Below are positions 8,355 through 17,800 of a DNA stretch of 60,874 nucleotides, piece after piece. The position numbers and the translations under genes were made by a program. How positions within the stretch are numbered: position 1 is the first letter of the stretch; every line of letters starts with the position of its first letter. The notes beneath the pieces are model-generated. The model was not told the origin of the DNA and made no database searches. It was given only the letters and a program-made list of their open reading frames with translations. Source of the stretch: a virus (lineage: Duplodnaviria; Caudoviricetes); IMG/VR virus record IMGVR_UViG_3300046018_000110, positions 1 through 60,874 of that record, one strand, 5' to 3'.

Positions 8355-11300
8355 TGGACGTCCGTCTTCCAAGCGGGGTTGTCGTCCAGAACGTCCCCGA
8401 CGGGATCAGTCGCGCCGATCTGGCCGCCAAGCTGAAGTCGAACGGCATGGATGTGCCCGACGCGTGGATGTCGCCCGACGCGCGTGGCGCGCCCTCCATG
8501 ACCGAGGCGCCGCCCGAGGCGCCCTCGCTGCGCGACCGCCTGCACGACACAGTCTCCGGCTGGTTCGGCGGCAAGACAGCGGCCGAGGAGCGCACCGCCA
8601 TCCAGGGCGCACGGGCCAGCAACGCGGTCGCCATGGGCGCCGGCCGAGGCGAGGGTAGCCCGAGCTACGACGAGGCCCAGGAAACGGCGCGCAAGGCCGT
8701 CGGCGGCATGTCCCAGGTGCCCCAGGCAGCCGCCGAGGGCGCGATCGACTCTGCGACCCTGGGGCTCGTGCGCCCGACCGTGCCGATCGAGACACACTCG
8801 GCCCTGGCCGGCGTCGCGAAGGGCGCCGGCTCGCTGGCCGGCTTCATCGCCGGGCCCGCCAAGATCGCGGGCTGGCTGGGGGAGGCCACAGGCGTGGCGG
8901 GCAAGCTCGCCCCCACGGCCGCCGATGGGTTCGTCAAGGCACTGGCTTTGGACGCGGGCGGGCAGGCTTTGACCCTCGGCGTGGCCTCTGGGCTCCAGGC
9001 TGGCGGCACCGCCGCGCTGGACTCGCACTCGCTGGCCCAAGGTGCCAAGACCGTCGGGGAAGCGATCAAGGGCGGTGTGATCACCGGTGGTCTCTTCGGT
9101 ACCGCCGGCCGGCTGCTGCCGGGCCAGTTCAACCCCTCGGACCCCAAGCTCGCCGAGTTCGCCAAGTTCATGGCGCGCTTCGTCGGCGTGAGCACCGCCA
9201 ACGACCTGATCAACGGCACGCGCCCAGACGACAACCGGCCCGCGGAGCAGAAGGCGTTCGACTACCTGCAGAACCTCTGGTTCACCCGCGCCGGCGCGCA
9301 GAAGCCGGCCGCCGAGGTCAAGCCGCCTCCGGGCGCTCCGCAGGCGCCCGGCGCGCCGCCACCCGTGAGTTCGTTCGCCCCGGTCAACGAGCTCAACGCG
9401 GCCGCCGGCCGCGACGTGACGCCCGGCGCTCCGACTCCGGAGCCGCCCACAGCGCCTGCTGTCGAGGCCGCTGCGGCGACGGTCGACCCGGAGCAGCAGA
9501 AGGCCGCCGCCACCCAGGCGCTGGCCACTGCTCAAACCGTTGACCAGATGATCAAGGCGGCGACGGATCTCGCCACCCCGCCGGCGCGCCCCGAGCCGCC
9601 CGCGCGCCCCGCACTCGACACGCCCGACTACGCAGCGCACGACCAAGCGCGCCTGGAGAAGCTGCGGGAGGCGATCGACGCGCACGCGGAGGTGAACGCC
9701 GCCGACCTCGCCGCGAGTGGCCAGCCCCCGAAGATGGCGCCGAAGGCCGAGAAGGCCCCCGAACCACACTGGGTGGACACGACCCCCATCAAGGACGTGG
9801 ACGAGGCGCGAGACAACCTCGCGAAGCTGCGTGAGCGCGCGCCCGAGTTCGGCGTGAACCCGAACGACATGGTCCTGGCGTCGCACCCGACGGTCGACGG
9901 CGCCTGGGCGGTGCGGACGGTGCCGGGCCGTGAGCCGGCCACGATCCAGGGCCCCCAGGCCGCGCCAGTGCGCGACATGAAGGGACCGGCCAGCAAGACC
10001 ATCGGGGTTGACCGCTCGTTTGCCGATCGGCAGGCCGACCTCACGGGCCAGAGCAACACGGCCGGCACGGAGTTCGACCGGCAGAACGCCGCCACCCAGG
10101 CGCAGACAGGCCGGGATCTGCGGCCGCAGCGCACGGACTCGGCGTCACGCCTGTACCCCGATGGCCTGACGCCGCTGAACCCGCGCCAAGCGATGCAGCG
10201 CCTGTCGGTGCTGCGTGGGGAACGCGACGTAGTGCCCGGGCCCGATCCTGCGGCGCTCCAGGCGCAAGGCTTGAAGGCGCGCAGGGACGCGGTACGGGCC
10301 GACGCCGCGGGTGACCCCGCGCGCGCCCAGGTGCTGCGCGAGAACGCGCGCTACTTCGATGACCAAGCGGCCCTCGCAGCGAAGCAGAAGGCGACTGCGG
10401 GCCCTGTTGCTGAGCCCGGCCGCTACGTTGCGGTGCCCCACCCCACAGTGCCCGGCGCCTTCGTGATCCGCGACACCGGCGCCATGATCCGCGGTGAGCA
10501 CGTGCCCGAGGCGCCGGCGCCCGCCGGCCCGCTCGACCAGCAGCGCCTGGGTGAAGCGTCGGTGGCCGGAGACTTCCACCAGGGCCGCCAGGATCTGCCA
10601 GCACTCATGGAGCAGCAAGGCTTCAAGCGCGCGCAGCAGGCGGTCGAGCGGCGCGGCGGACTGGCGACGCGTGAGGAAGCGGCGATCCTCGACAAGGCCT
10701 CGCCGAAGGAGCGTCTGTACGACCGCATCGAGGGCGAAGCGACTCCCGTCGCTGAGACGCGGAGGGGTGCCCAGGCCGAAGGCATGGCCGATGCGAAGTC
10801 GCAGCTGATCGCCCGGCGCATGGGCCTGGACGACGGCAGCCCGACGCCGGGGACGAAAGCGATCGAGGTGCCCACGGGCTACCGCGCCCGCGACCCCGAG
10901 CGCCTGGAGAGGGTCCGCAACAGCGAAGAGCTCACCCCGACCCGGCCGTACACGCCGCTCAAGAGCGAGCTCGGCGCCGGAGGCCCGAAGCACGGGGAGC
11001 CGCTCGACGCCTCGGGACTGCATTCGGATGGCGGCCTGACGCTGCTGCCCACCACCGCGTACCACAAGCTCTACGAGCAGCACCACGCCGAGGCGCAGGC
11101 CGGCGAGCAGACCGCCGCCCAGGTCGCGCGCGAGGCGCCGCGCCGTGAGCCCGGCGCCGAAAAGCCTGCGCCCGAGCCAGTCAGCGAACGTCAGCCCGGC
11201 GTACCACGCGAGCCGCATCCCGACGAGTACAATGGCCGCGAGGTCAGCGTGCCTGTCCATGTCGAGGAGACGGGGGAGACCGCGCACCTCACGGTCGACG

Positions 11301-11374
11301 CCCGCAAGGCGTTGGACGATCTCGACAAACGCGCTGATGTGCTGGAAGAGACCCTGAACTGCGTCCTCAAATGA
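8354..11374 (+). CDS. Large internal virion (ejection) protein
   Basis: 1006 aa; N-terminal VRLPSGVVVQNVPDG motif seen in phage injected proteins; Ala/Pro-rich. Confidence 0.6.
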   Translation: MDVRLPSGVVVQNVPDGISRADLAAKLKSNGMDVPDAWMSPDARGAPSMTEAPPEAPSLRDRLHDTVSGWFGGKTAAEERTAIQGARASNAVAMGAGRGEGSPSYDEAQETARKAVGGMSQVPQAAAEGAIDSATLGLVRPTVPIETHSALAGVAKGAGSLAGFIAGPAKIAGWLGEATGVAGKLAPTAADGFVKALALDAGGQALTLGVASGLQAGGTAALDSHSLAQGAKTVGEAIKGGVITGGLFGTAGRLLPGQFNPSDPKLAEFAKFMARFVGVSTANDLINGTRPDDNRPAEQKAFDYLQNLWFTRAGAQKPAAEVKPPPGAPQAPGAPPPVSSFAPVNELNAAAGRDVTPGAPTPEPPTAPAVEAAAATVDPEQQKAAATQALATAQTVDQMIKAATDLATPPARPEPPARPALDTPDYAAHDQARLEKLREAIDAHAEVNAADLAASGQPPKMAPKAEKAPEPHWVDTTPIKDVDEARDNLAKLRERAPEFGVNPNDMVLASHPTVDGAWAVRTVPGREPATIQGPQAAPVRDMKGPASKTIGVDRSFADRQADLTGQSNTAGTEFDRQNAATQAQTGRDLRPQRTDSASRLYPDGLTPLNPRQAMQRLSVLRGERDVVPGPDPAALQAQGLKARRDAVRADAAGDPARAQVLRENARYFDDQAALAAKQKATAGPVAEPGRYVAVPHPTVPGAFVIRDTGAMIRGEHVPEAPAPAGPLDQQRLGEASVAGDFHQGRQDLPALMEQQGFKRAQQAVERRGGLATREEAAILDKASPKERLYDRIEGEATPVAETRRGAQAEGMADAKSQLIARRMGLDDGSPTPGTKAIEVPTGYRARDPERLERVRNSEELTPTRPYTPLKSELGAGGPKHGEPLDASGLHSDGGLTLLPTTAYHKLYEQHHAEAQAGEQTAAQVAREAPRREPGAEKPAPEPVSERQPGVPREPHPDEYNGREVSVPVHVEETGETAHLTVDARKALDDLDKRADVLEETLNCVLK

Positions 11375-11769
11375 AGACCGTCAAGACCCTCGCTGATCTC
11401 CACCGCGCCGCCCTCAACAGCGGCGCGAAGCTGTCTGTAGGGGGCACGCGATTCAACATGTCCGGAGAACGTGTACACGTTCCTCCGAAAAGTGAACACG
11501 TCGAGCCGGCCGCCGCGCCGGTGCCAGCCCCTGCGGAGGCGCCCGCCGCGCCCCCAGCGCCGGTCATCGACATGGCTCCCGTGGCGCAGGCCATGCTGCT
11601 GAGCAACGAGATGATCGTCCAGGCCCTGGCGCATCTGGCGTCCTTGATGCCCGCGCCGCAGGCCCCCTCGGCCGCCGCGCCGGCGCTGCAGCGCCCGGTG
11701 GCCTTCGACATCGAGCGAGACGAGGTCACGGGCTCCCCCACACGCATCGTCCCAATCTACAAGGACTGA
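11371..11769 (+). CDS. Hypothetical protein
   Basis: Coupled ORF, Pro/Ala-rich linker. Confidence 0.55.
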   Translation: MKTVKTLADLHRAALNSGAKLSVGGTRFNMSGERVHVPPKSEHVEPAAAPVPAPAEAPAAPPAPVIDMAPVAQAMLLSNEMIVQALAHLASLMPAPQAPSAAAPALQRPVAFDIERDEVTGSPTRIVPIYKD

Positions 11770-11770
11770 C

Positions 11771-14635
11771 ATGGCAGTCATCACCACAGGCGGCTCCGGC
11801 CTCTGGAGTTCGGTCACGGTCAATGCGCCGTGGTCGACCGGCGTGCCACCCGTAGAAGGCGACAGCGTGGTCATCGCGCTGGGCCACACGGTCACGGTCG
11901 ATGGCACCTACACGGCCGGCGACGATACGGTCACCGCGTTCGCCATCAATGGCACGCTCAAGGCCAGCCGCAGTGTCAACAGCAGTCTGACGGTAAAGGG
12001 GCAGATCTTCACGGCCGCCGCGACCACGGCGACGATTGACTGGGGCAAGACTGGTGACCCTATCCCAGCGGGCGTCAACGCCACGCTGGTCCTGAACAAG
12101 TCGGCCGCGATGCTCAACCACAAGTATGGGTTGTTTGTCGCCGACCTTTCTAATGGCACCTTCTGCGGCGCTACGAAGACCCGCAACACCACGCTGGTGA
12201 ACAGCGTGATCGCCACCGCGACCAGCTTCGACGTGGCCGACGGCACGGGCTGGAACGTCGGGGACAGGGTCATCCTGCCGGAGACGGACGGCAACGGGGT
12301 CCACTACGACAACATAGCCAGCATCACGTCGGTCACGCTGGTGAGTGGCACCCGCTACACCGTCGGATGCGCGCCACTAGCATTCGGTCACGCGGCGGGT
12401 TGCTCGGCCGGCAACTTCTCATCGAACGTCACGGTCAAAAACTTTGACACGACGACTTCGACCTTCATCTGCTTTCGGCACACGACCACGGCCAGCAATG
12501 GTCGTCGCGAGGTTTCGTACACCTCAATCGAACGTGTCGCAAGCAATGCCTCGCTGACTACTACGACCTGTTTCTCAGCGGGGGCCGCGGTCTACGCGGA
12601 CCCATTCACGGCGATTGCGCACAACTCGTTCTACGAGTGTCAATTCAGCAACGGGACGGTACTCAACGCATTGGACTCCTCAATCAGCGTCTCGGACAAC
12701 GCCTTCTGGGGGACCAGTGCTGGCAGCGGCAGCGGCACCTCGCTCTTGATGGCCTCCGGCACTACAGTAGGTGCGGACAGCAACGTGTTCTACACGTTCA
12801 CCTTCGGCATTGGCAGTCAAGTATCGCAAGGCGGGCAAGGCTGCGTCATCACCAACAACAAGTTCTGGAGTGGCACCAACCCGTTGGCGTTGAACGTGGG
12901 CAACGGTTGGTCGTTCTCGGGCAATCAGTACCACCTAGCTTCTTCGTCCATGTATATCACCGTGGGCGCAGGCAGCTTCAACTTCCTGAACGAGAGCTAC
13001 GGAAGCAGTGACTTGCCGGGGTCGCCAGGGGCGTTCTACATCGCGCAGACGGTTGTAGGAACCTGCGCCAACTTCGTATTCACGGACTGCCGGTTTATCA
13101 ACCCTTCTGTCTCGTTTTTCCTCAACCAAAGCAACACCAGCAGCCAGAGCACAGTCCGGATCGTCAACAAGAACCAAGATGCGACACTGCAGGAGTTGTG
13201 GACCCGGTACACGCAGTTCGCGCGCGATAACGCTACGTTCAAGCGCGGGCGTTCCAGTTTGGTTGCCAACACGCTCCTGAGCGGCCCAGGCTCCTTCACG
13301 ATCAGCGTGCCCGCCGACAGTGGCGTGCCGGTCACAATCGTCGGCTATCTGCGCAAGAACGCGAGCTACGGCGCGAGCACGCTGCCCAGCGTCACCCTGA
13401 GCGGATTGGGCATTACGCCGCAGGTCTTCACGATGTCGAACAGCACCGACACCTGGGAGCAGTTCACGCTGACCGCCACGCAGACTGCGGGCTATTCGAG
13501 CAATCTGACGCTGACCTTCACTGCGCAGTCCTCCAACGCGGCCGGCAAGGCATATCTCGATGGAGTTGCGAGCGTGCCGTTTGTGTCCTGGGTGCAGCAC
13601 TATGGCTACACCTACGACCCGACGAACCCGAAGCGCACCGTGGACCCCGTGGTGCAGTTGACCGAAGCCGCTGCCGCTGCCCTGGCGGGCATCAGCTACG
13701 CGGCCGGCACCCTCACGATCAGCGGCACGCGCTCGATCCGTGAGGTCTACGACTGGCTCAAGCAGTACGAAGCCGCGAACCAGCTGGCCCCGATCATCAC
13801 CTCGGTTGATGGCCTCAGCTTCACGCTGGGCGCCAATCTCGTGCTGAGCGGCGCGCTGACCGGCAGCGGCTCGCTGAACATGGCCGCCTACACGCTGACG
13901 GCCGGCGGCTCCTCGACCATTCCGATCACGCACAACGCCGGCGTCTTCACGACCGTCTCGGTGACCGGTATTCTGGCCGGTACACGCGTCAGGCTGTACA
14001 ACGCGAGTACAGCCACGGAGCTGTACAACGGCGTGCCCGGCACGGCCCTGACGCTGAATGCGGCCTGGACGACCGACCAGACCCTCCAACTGCGCGCGAC
14101 GCTGCTGGGGCGACTGCCCTACGCGTCCTCCGGCCTGCTGACCAGCGCGGGGGCCTCGTTCCAGCTGGCCCAGGCCACCGACGCGGTCTATGTGGCCAAC
14201 GCGGTCGACGGGAGCCTCGTCACCGAGTTCAGCGCGGACTACCCGCACGTCTACGTGGACGTGAGTGACCCCGACGGGGTGACGACGGTGCAGCGGCTGT
14301 ACGCGTGGCTGCAGTACATCCAGACCACGTCGACCGGCATCCAGAACTTCTTCAATGGCATCACCGCCAGTGACGCGGTGAACTACGTCATCAACACCGC
14401 GACGGTGAACCTGCTGCTGTTCAATCTCAGCGCGGCGCCGGTCAAGTTCACCGGCGCGTACCTGATCCGCGACGACTCGGCGACCATCATCGCGGCGACG
14501 TCAGGCTCGATCCAGATGGACCCGAGCCGCGCGTACTTCCCCGCGGGCAACGTGCGCGCTGATGTGCGCGCCGTGAACGGCACGACGATCAAGGGCGCAG
14601 GCGTGCTGAACAACCCCTGGGGCCCCGTGACGTGA
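11771..14635 (+). CDS. Large beta-rich virion protein, putative tailspike (G8-like N-terminus, beta-helix-like middle)
   Basis: SGLWSS..PWSTGVPPVEGDSVVIALGHTVTVDG start; Asn/Ser/Thr-rich repeats (DNAF, SNVF, NNKF, GNQY). Confidence 0.6.
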   Translation: MAVITTGGSGLWSSVTVNAPWSTGVPPVEGDSVVIALGHTVTVDGTYTAGDDTVTAFAINGTLKASRSVNSSLTVKGQIFTAAATTATIDWGKTGDPIPAGVNATLVLNKSAAMLNHKYGLFVADLSNGTFCGATKTRNTTLVNSVIATATSFDVADGTGWNVGDRVILPETDGNGVHYDNIASITSVTLVSGTRYTVGCAPLAFGHAAGCSAGNFSSNVTVKNFDTTTSTFICFRHTTTASNGRREVSYTSIERVASNASLTTTTCFSAGAAVYADPFTAIAHNSFYECQFSNGTVLNALDSSISVSDNAFWGTSAGSGSGTSLLMASGTTVGADSNVFYTFTFGIGSQVSQGGQGCVITNNKFWSGTNPLALNVGNGWSFSGNQYHLASSSMYITVGAGSFNFLNESYGSSDLPGSPGAFYIAQTVVGTCANFVFTDCRFINPSVSFFLNQSNTSSQSTVRIVNKNQDATLQELWTRYTQFARDNATFKRGRSSLVANTLLSGPGSFTISVPADSGVPVTIVGYLRKNASYGASTLPSVTLSGLGITPQVFTMSNSTDTWEQFTLTATQTAGYSSNLTLTFTAQSSNAAGKAYLDGVASVPFVSWVQHYGYTYDPTNPKRTVDPVVQLTEAAAAALAGISYAAGTLTISGTRSIREVYDWLKQYEAANQLAPIITSVDGLSFTLGANLVLSGALTGSGSLNMAAYTLTAGGSSTIPITHNAGVFTTVSVTGILAGTRVRLYNASTATELYNGVPGTALTLNAAWTTDQTLQLRATLLGRLPYASSGLLTSAGASFQLAQATDAVYVANAVDGSLVTEFSADYPHVYVDVSDPDGVTTVQRLYAWLQYIQTTSTGIQNFFNGITASDAVNYVINTATVNLLLFNLSAAPVKFTGAYLIRDDSATIIAATSGSIQMDPSRAYFPAGNVRADVRAVNGTTIKGAGVLNNPWGPVT

Positions 14636-14832
14636 ACGCCTGGGGCGTAGCGTGGGGCGTCTCCTGGGGTGACTCGTGGGGCTCCGACGCTGTCGAGGGC
14701 ACCACCGGCGGCCACAAGAAGTCCAGCCCCTCGTGGGCCGCGCTGCGGCGCGAGCGCGCGCGACAAGATGAAGAAGAGGTGCTCGCCATCGTCAGCGTGC
14801 TGATGGCCACCTTCTACCAAGGATCACCATGA
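14632..14832 (+). CDS. Small protein with WGxx repeats
   Basis: AWGVAWGVSWGDSWG; coupled to both neighbours. Confidence 0.55.
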   Translation: MNAWGVAWGVSWGDSWGSDAVEGTTGGHKKSSPSWAALRRERARQDEEEVLAIVSVLMATFYQGSP

Positions 14833-17800
14833 CTGTGAAACTGACCGGCTGCATGAACCTCGTGACCAAGATGCCCGAGGAGGACCAGGAGCGCCTGCTC
14901 AAGCGCCTGGACGACTACGAAGCCAAGGGCGTGCCGCGCGAGAAGGCGCAGGTCATGGCGACCAAGGACACGCTGGCCGAGGTGCGCGCGGAGCGCGAGG
15001 AGCTGCACGGGCACGTGCGGGAGCAGCACCCGGATCTGTTCAAGGGGCTGCCGCCTCTGCGGGTCTACCATGGCAGCCGGCATGGCCCTGTCGAAGGCGC
15101 CGCCCGGATGGAGCCGCACGACGAGACGGGACACCCTGGCTTCTCCGTGTCCCTCGGCGAGAAGACCGCGCGCCGGTACGCCCACGACGTGGACGAACGG
15201 CACGACGACCCACCGACGAACCCGACGGTCAACGCGTTCGACCTGCACGGGAAATTGATGGGCTGGCAAGAGCTCTTGCAGGCCACGAGGGAACGACTCA
15301 AGCTGGGCGACACCGCGCTCCCGACGAGGGAGCAGGTCAACGAGACCGCACGCAGCATGGGGGTCACCGCGGTCGACCACAGGCAAAACCTGGGGATCGA
15401 CGAGCTCTCGGTGATCCACCCGGATGCGCTGCGCCCCGTGAGCCAAGAGAACGCCCAGGTCGCCAAGGACCAGACCGAGACGCCCGCGTTCAAGGCGTGG
15501 TTCGGCGACAGCAAGGTGGTGGACGCCGAGGGCAAGCCGCTGGTGGTGTACCACGGCACCTCACGAGATTTCTCTACCTTCGACGATTCAAAGATGTCCC
15601 CCACCCGCGTCAAGTTCGGTGACGCCAAAGGCTACTACTTCAGCGCGGACAAAGGGTACTCTGAGGCCTACGGGTCCGGGCAAGGCCACAATGTCATGCC
15701 AGTGTTCTTGTCGATGAAGAACCCGAAGTACGTCCAGTCGACGGTGGGGACCGCGTACTTCAACCCCCGGATGATCGAGAAGCTCCGAGGCGAAGGCCAC
15801 GATGGCGTGGTGTACCGAGGGGACGACGCGCACGGCGGAGGCTCCGAATACGTGGTTTTCGAGCCCACACAGATCAAGTCCGCCATCGGCAACAACGGCG
15901 ACTTCGACCCGACCAAGGGCGACATCTCCAAGCACTTCGACCTCACCCGCGAGAACAGCAACTTCTTCGGCGACCCGCACGACGAGACCGCCCTGGCGCT
16001 GCAGTCGGCCATCGAAGGCAAGACGCTGCGGCAGGCCGTCGAGCACGTCGTCAGCAACTCCACGGACGCCAGCTACCGCGAGATCGGGCAGCGCGTGCTC
16101 GACCGTATGGCGGAACTGGAGAACCACGGGGTCCAGTTCGACCTGAAGATCGCGCACGTGGGCGACTCCGTCCCCCGCAGCCTCCTGGGTGCCCGGGGCC
16201 TCGCGCACTACGTGTATGGCAAGGAAGGGGAGACCCCCGCGTCGCACACCGTCTGGATCAACGGCCACGACGTCACGGGCAAGAGCGGCATGTCCGAAGA
16301 GACCCTCATGCATGAGGCGATCCACACGGTCACGCAGTCCGCGCTGCGCCTGGGCAACTACTCGAAGGCGGCGGGTACCGACGCGGCCACGCTCTCGCAC
16401 GAGATGTTCGCCTTGAGCAACGCGCTCGTCAAGCACTTCAACAAGCGCGCGGCGGAAGCGAAGGCCGGTGGAACACCACTCACGGAGTTCGAGCAGGCGA
16501 TCTTCGAGCGGCGCTCGAACTCCCTGCAGAGCCCCGACGAGGTGCTCTCCTGGGGGCTGACGAACAAGCCCATGCAGGAGTGGATGGAGACAGTACCCTT
16601 CGACTCCAAGCAGTCCCTGTGGGGCAAGTTCGTCGACAGCATCCGGGGCTTCCTGGGCCTGGAGCCGAAGGCCAACACCGCACTGTCCGAATTGCTGCGC
16701 TTGGCCGACCGCGCTTTCGATTCTCCGGTGCACGAGCTGAAGAAGCTGGCCAGCGAGCGCGGCGAAAGCCTCCAGGTCCAGACGCCCGCGGGGGAGCAGA
16801 ACAACACCCAGCAGAGGCCCCGCGAGGACAGGGAGGCGAGGACGACTCCTCCAGTGGTCCACGCCGACCGCGCCGTGACTCTCACCCAGCGCGCGGGGGA
16901 TACCTTGTCTCGGGCGTGGCACGACCTGACCGATGGCATCCTCCCCATGAGCTCGGGGTCCGAGATCGCCCAGGCTACGTTGAAGGACTACGCCAACGAA
17001 GAGCGCGCCGCGCGAGATCAATGGCTGCGGTTCGACCAGATCCTGATCAAGCACTTCAAGGAGGACGAGCTAGTGCGGATGAGCGACGCGGCCGAGGAGG
17101 AGAACCTGATCCGCGGCGGCGATATCCCCGCGTCACCTGACATGGGTCTGGCAAGTCTCACGCCGGTGCAGCGCGCGACTGTCGAGACCCTGCATGCCTA
17201 CGCCGACGAGCGATTCGAGGCCGCCAAAGCCGCGGGGATGTACGAGGGCCCCGGCGTGCCCTACTGGATGCCCCGTATCTCCGTTGTGATGGACGAAGAA
17301 GGCCGCGCCATGCGACCGCGCGACAGCACGACGGTGGGCCGCAACATCGTCACCACGGCGCCCTCGTTGAAGGGTCGGAAGTACAAGACGATCGACGAGA
17401 CCGAGCGGGCCATGAAGCAACTCTTCGGTGACGGCGCCGAGGTGGTGCGGAACATCCGCGCGATGCCGTTGGCCATGGCCCGCCTGGACCGCGCGATCGC
17501 CGGAAAGAACCTCGTCGACAAGATCCGCACCATGGGCATGACGGTCGGCCAGGAGTTCGTGCGGGACGGGGAAGCCCCCGGGTACGAGAAGATCGACCTG
17601 CCGGGGGTTCGAGGAGCAAATCTCTACGTCGCGCAAGAGTGGGCGGGCCCGGTTCGCTCCGTGATGTACGACCCCCCTGGCAAGTGGGAGGGCCGCTTCA
17701 TGGACGCCAAAGCGGAGTCCACGAGCCTGATCATGTACACCCCTTTCATGCACGGCACCACGGTGTTCGGCAAGGCGTTCCCCGCCAGTTGGTCGCTCTC

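Noticed and set aside
1294-14635. Diversity-generating retroelement acting on tail genes
   Set aside because: No reverse transcriptase and no TR/VR pair seen
4279-17054. Long minus-strand ORFs (e.g. 4279-5961, 7616-9886, 15588-17054) and similar shadow ORFs elsewhere
   Set aside because: Antisense shadows of high-GC3 genes, with no motifs and no RBS/coupling pattern
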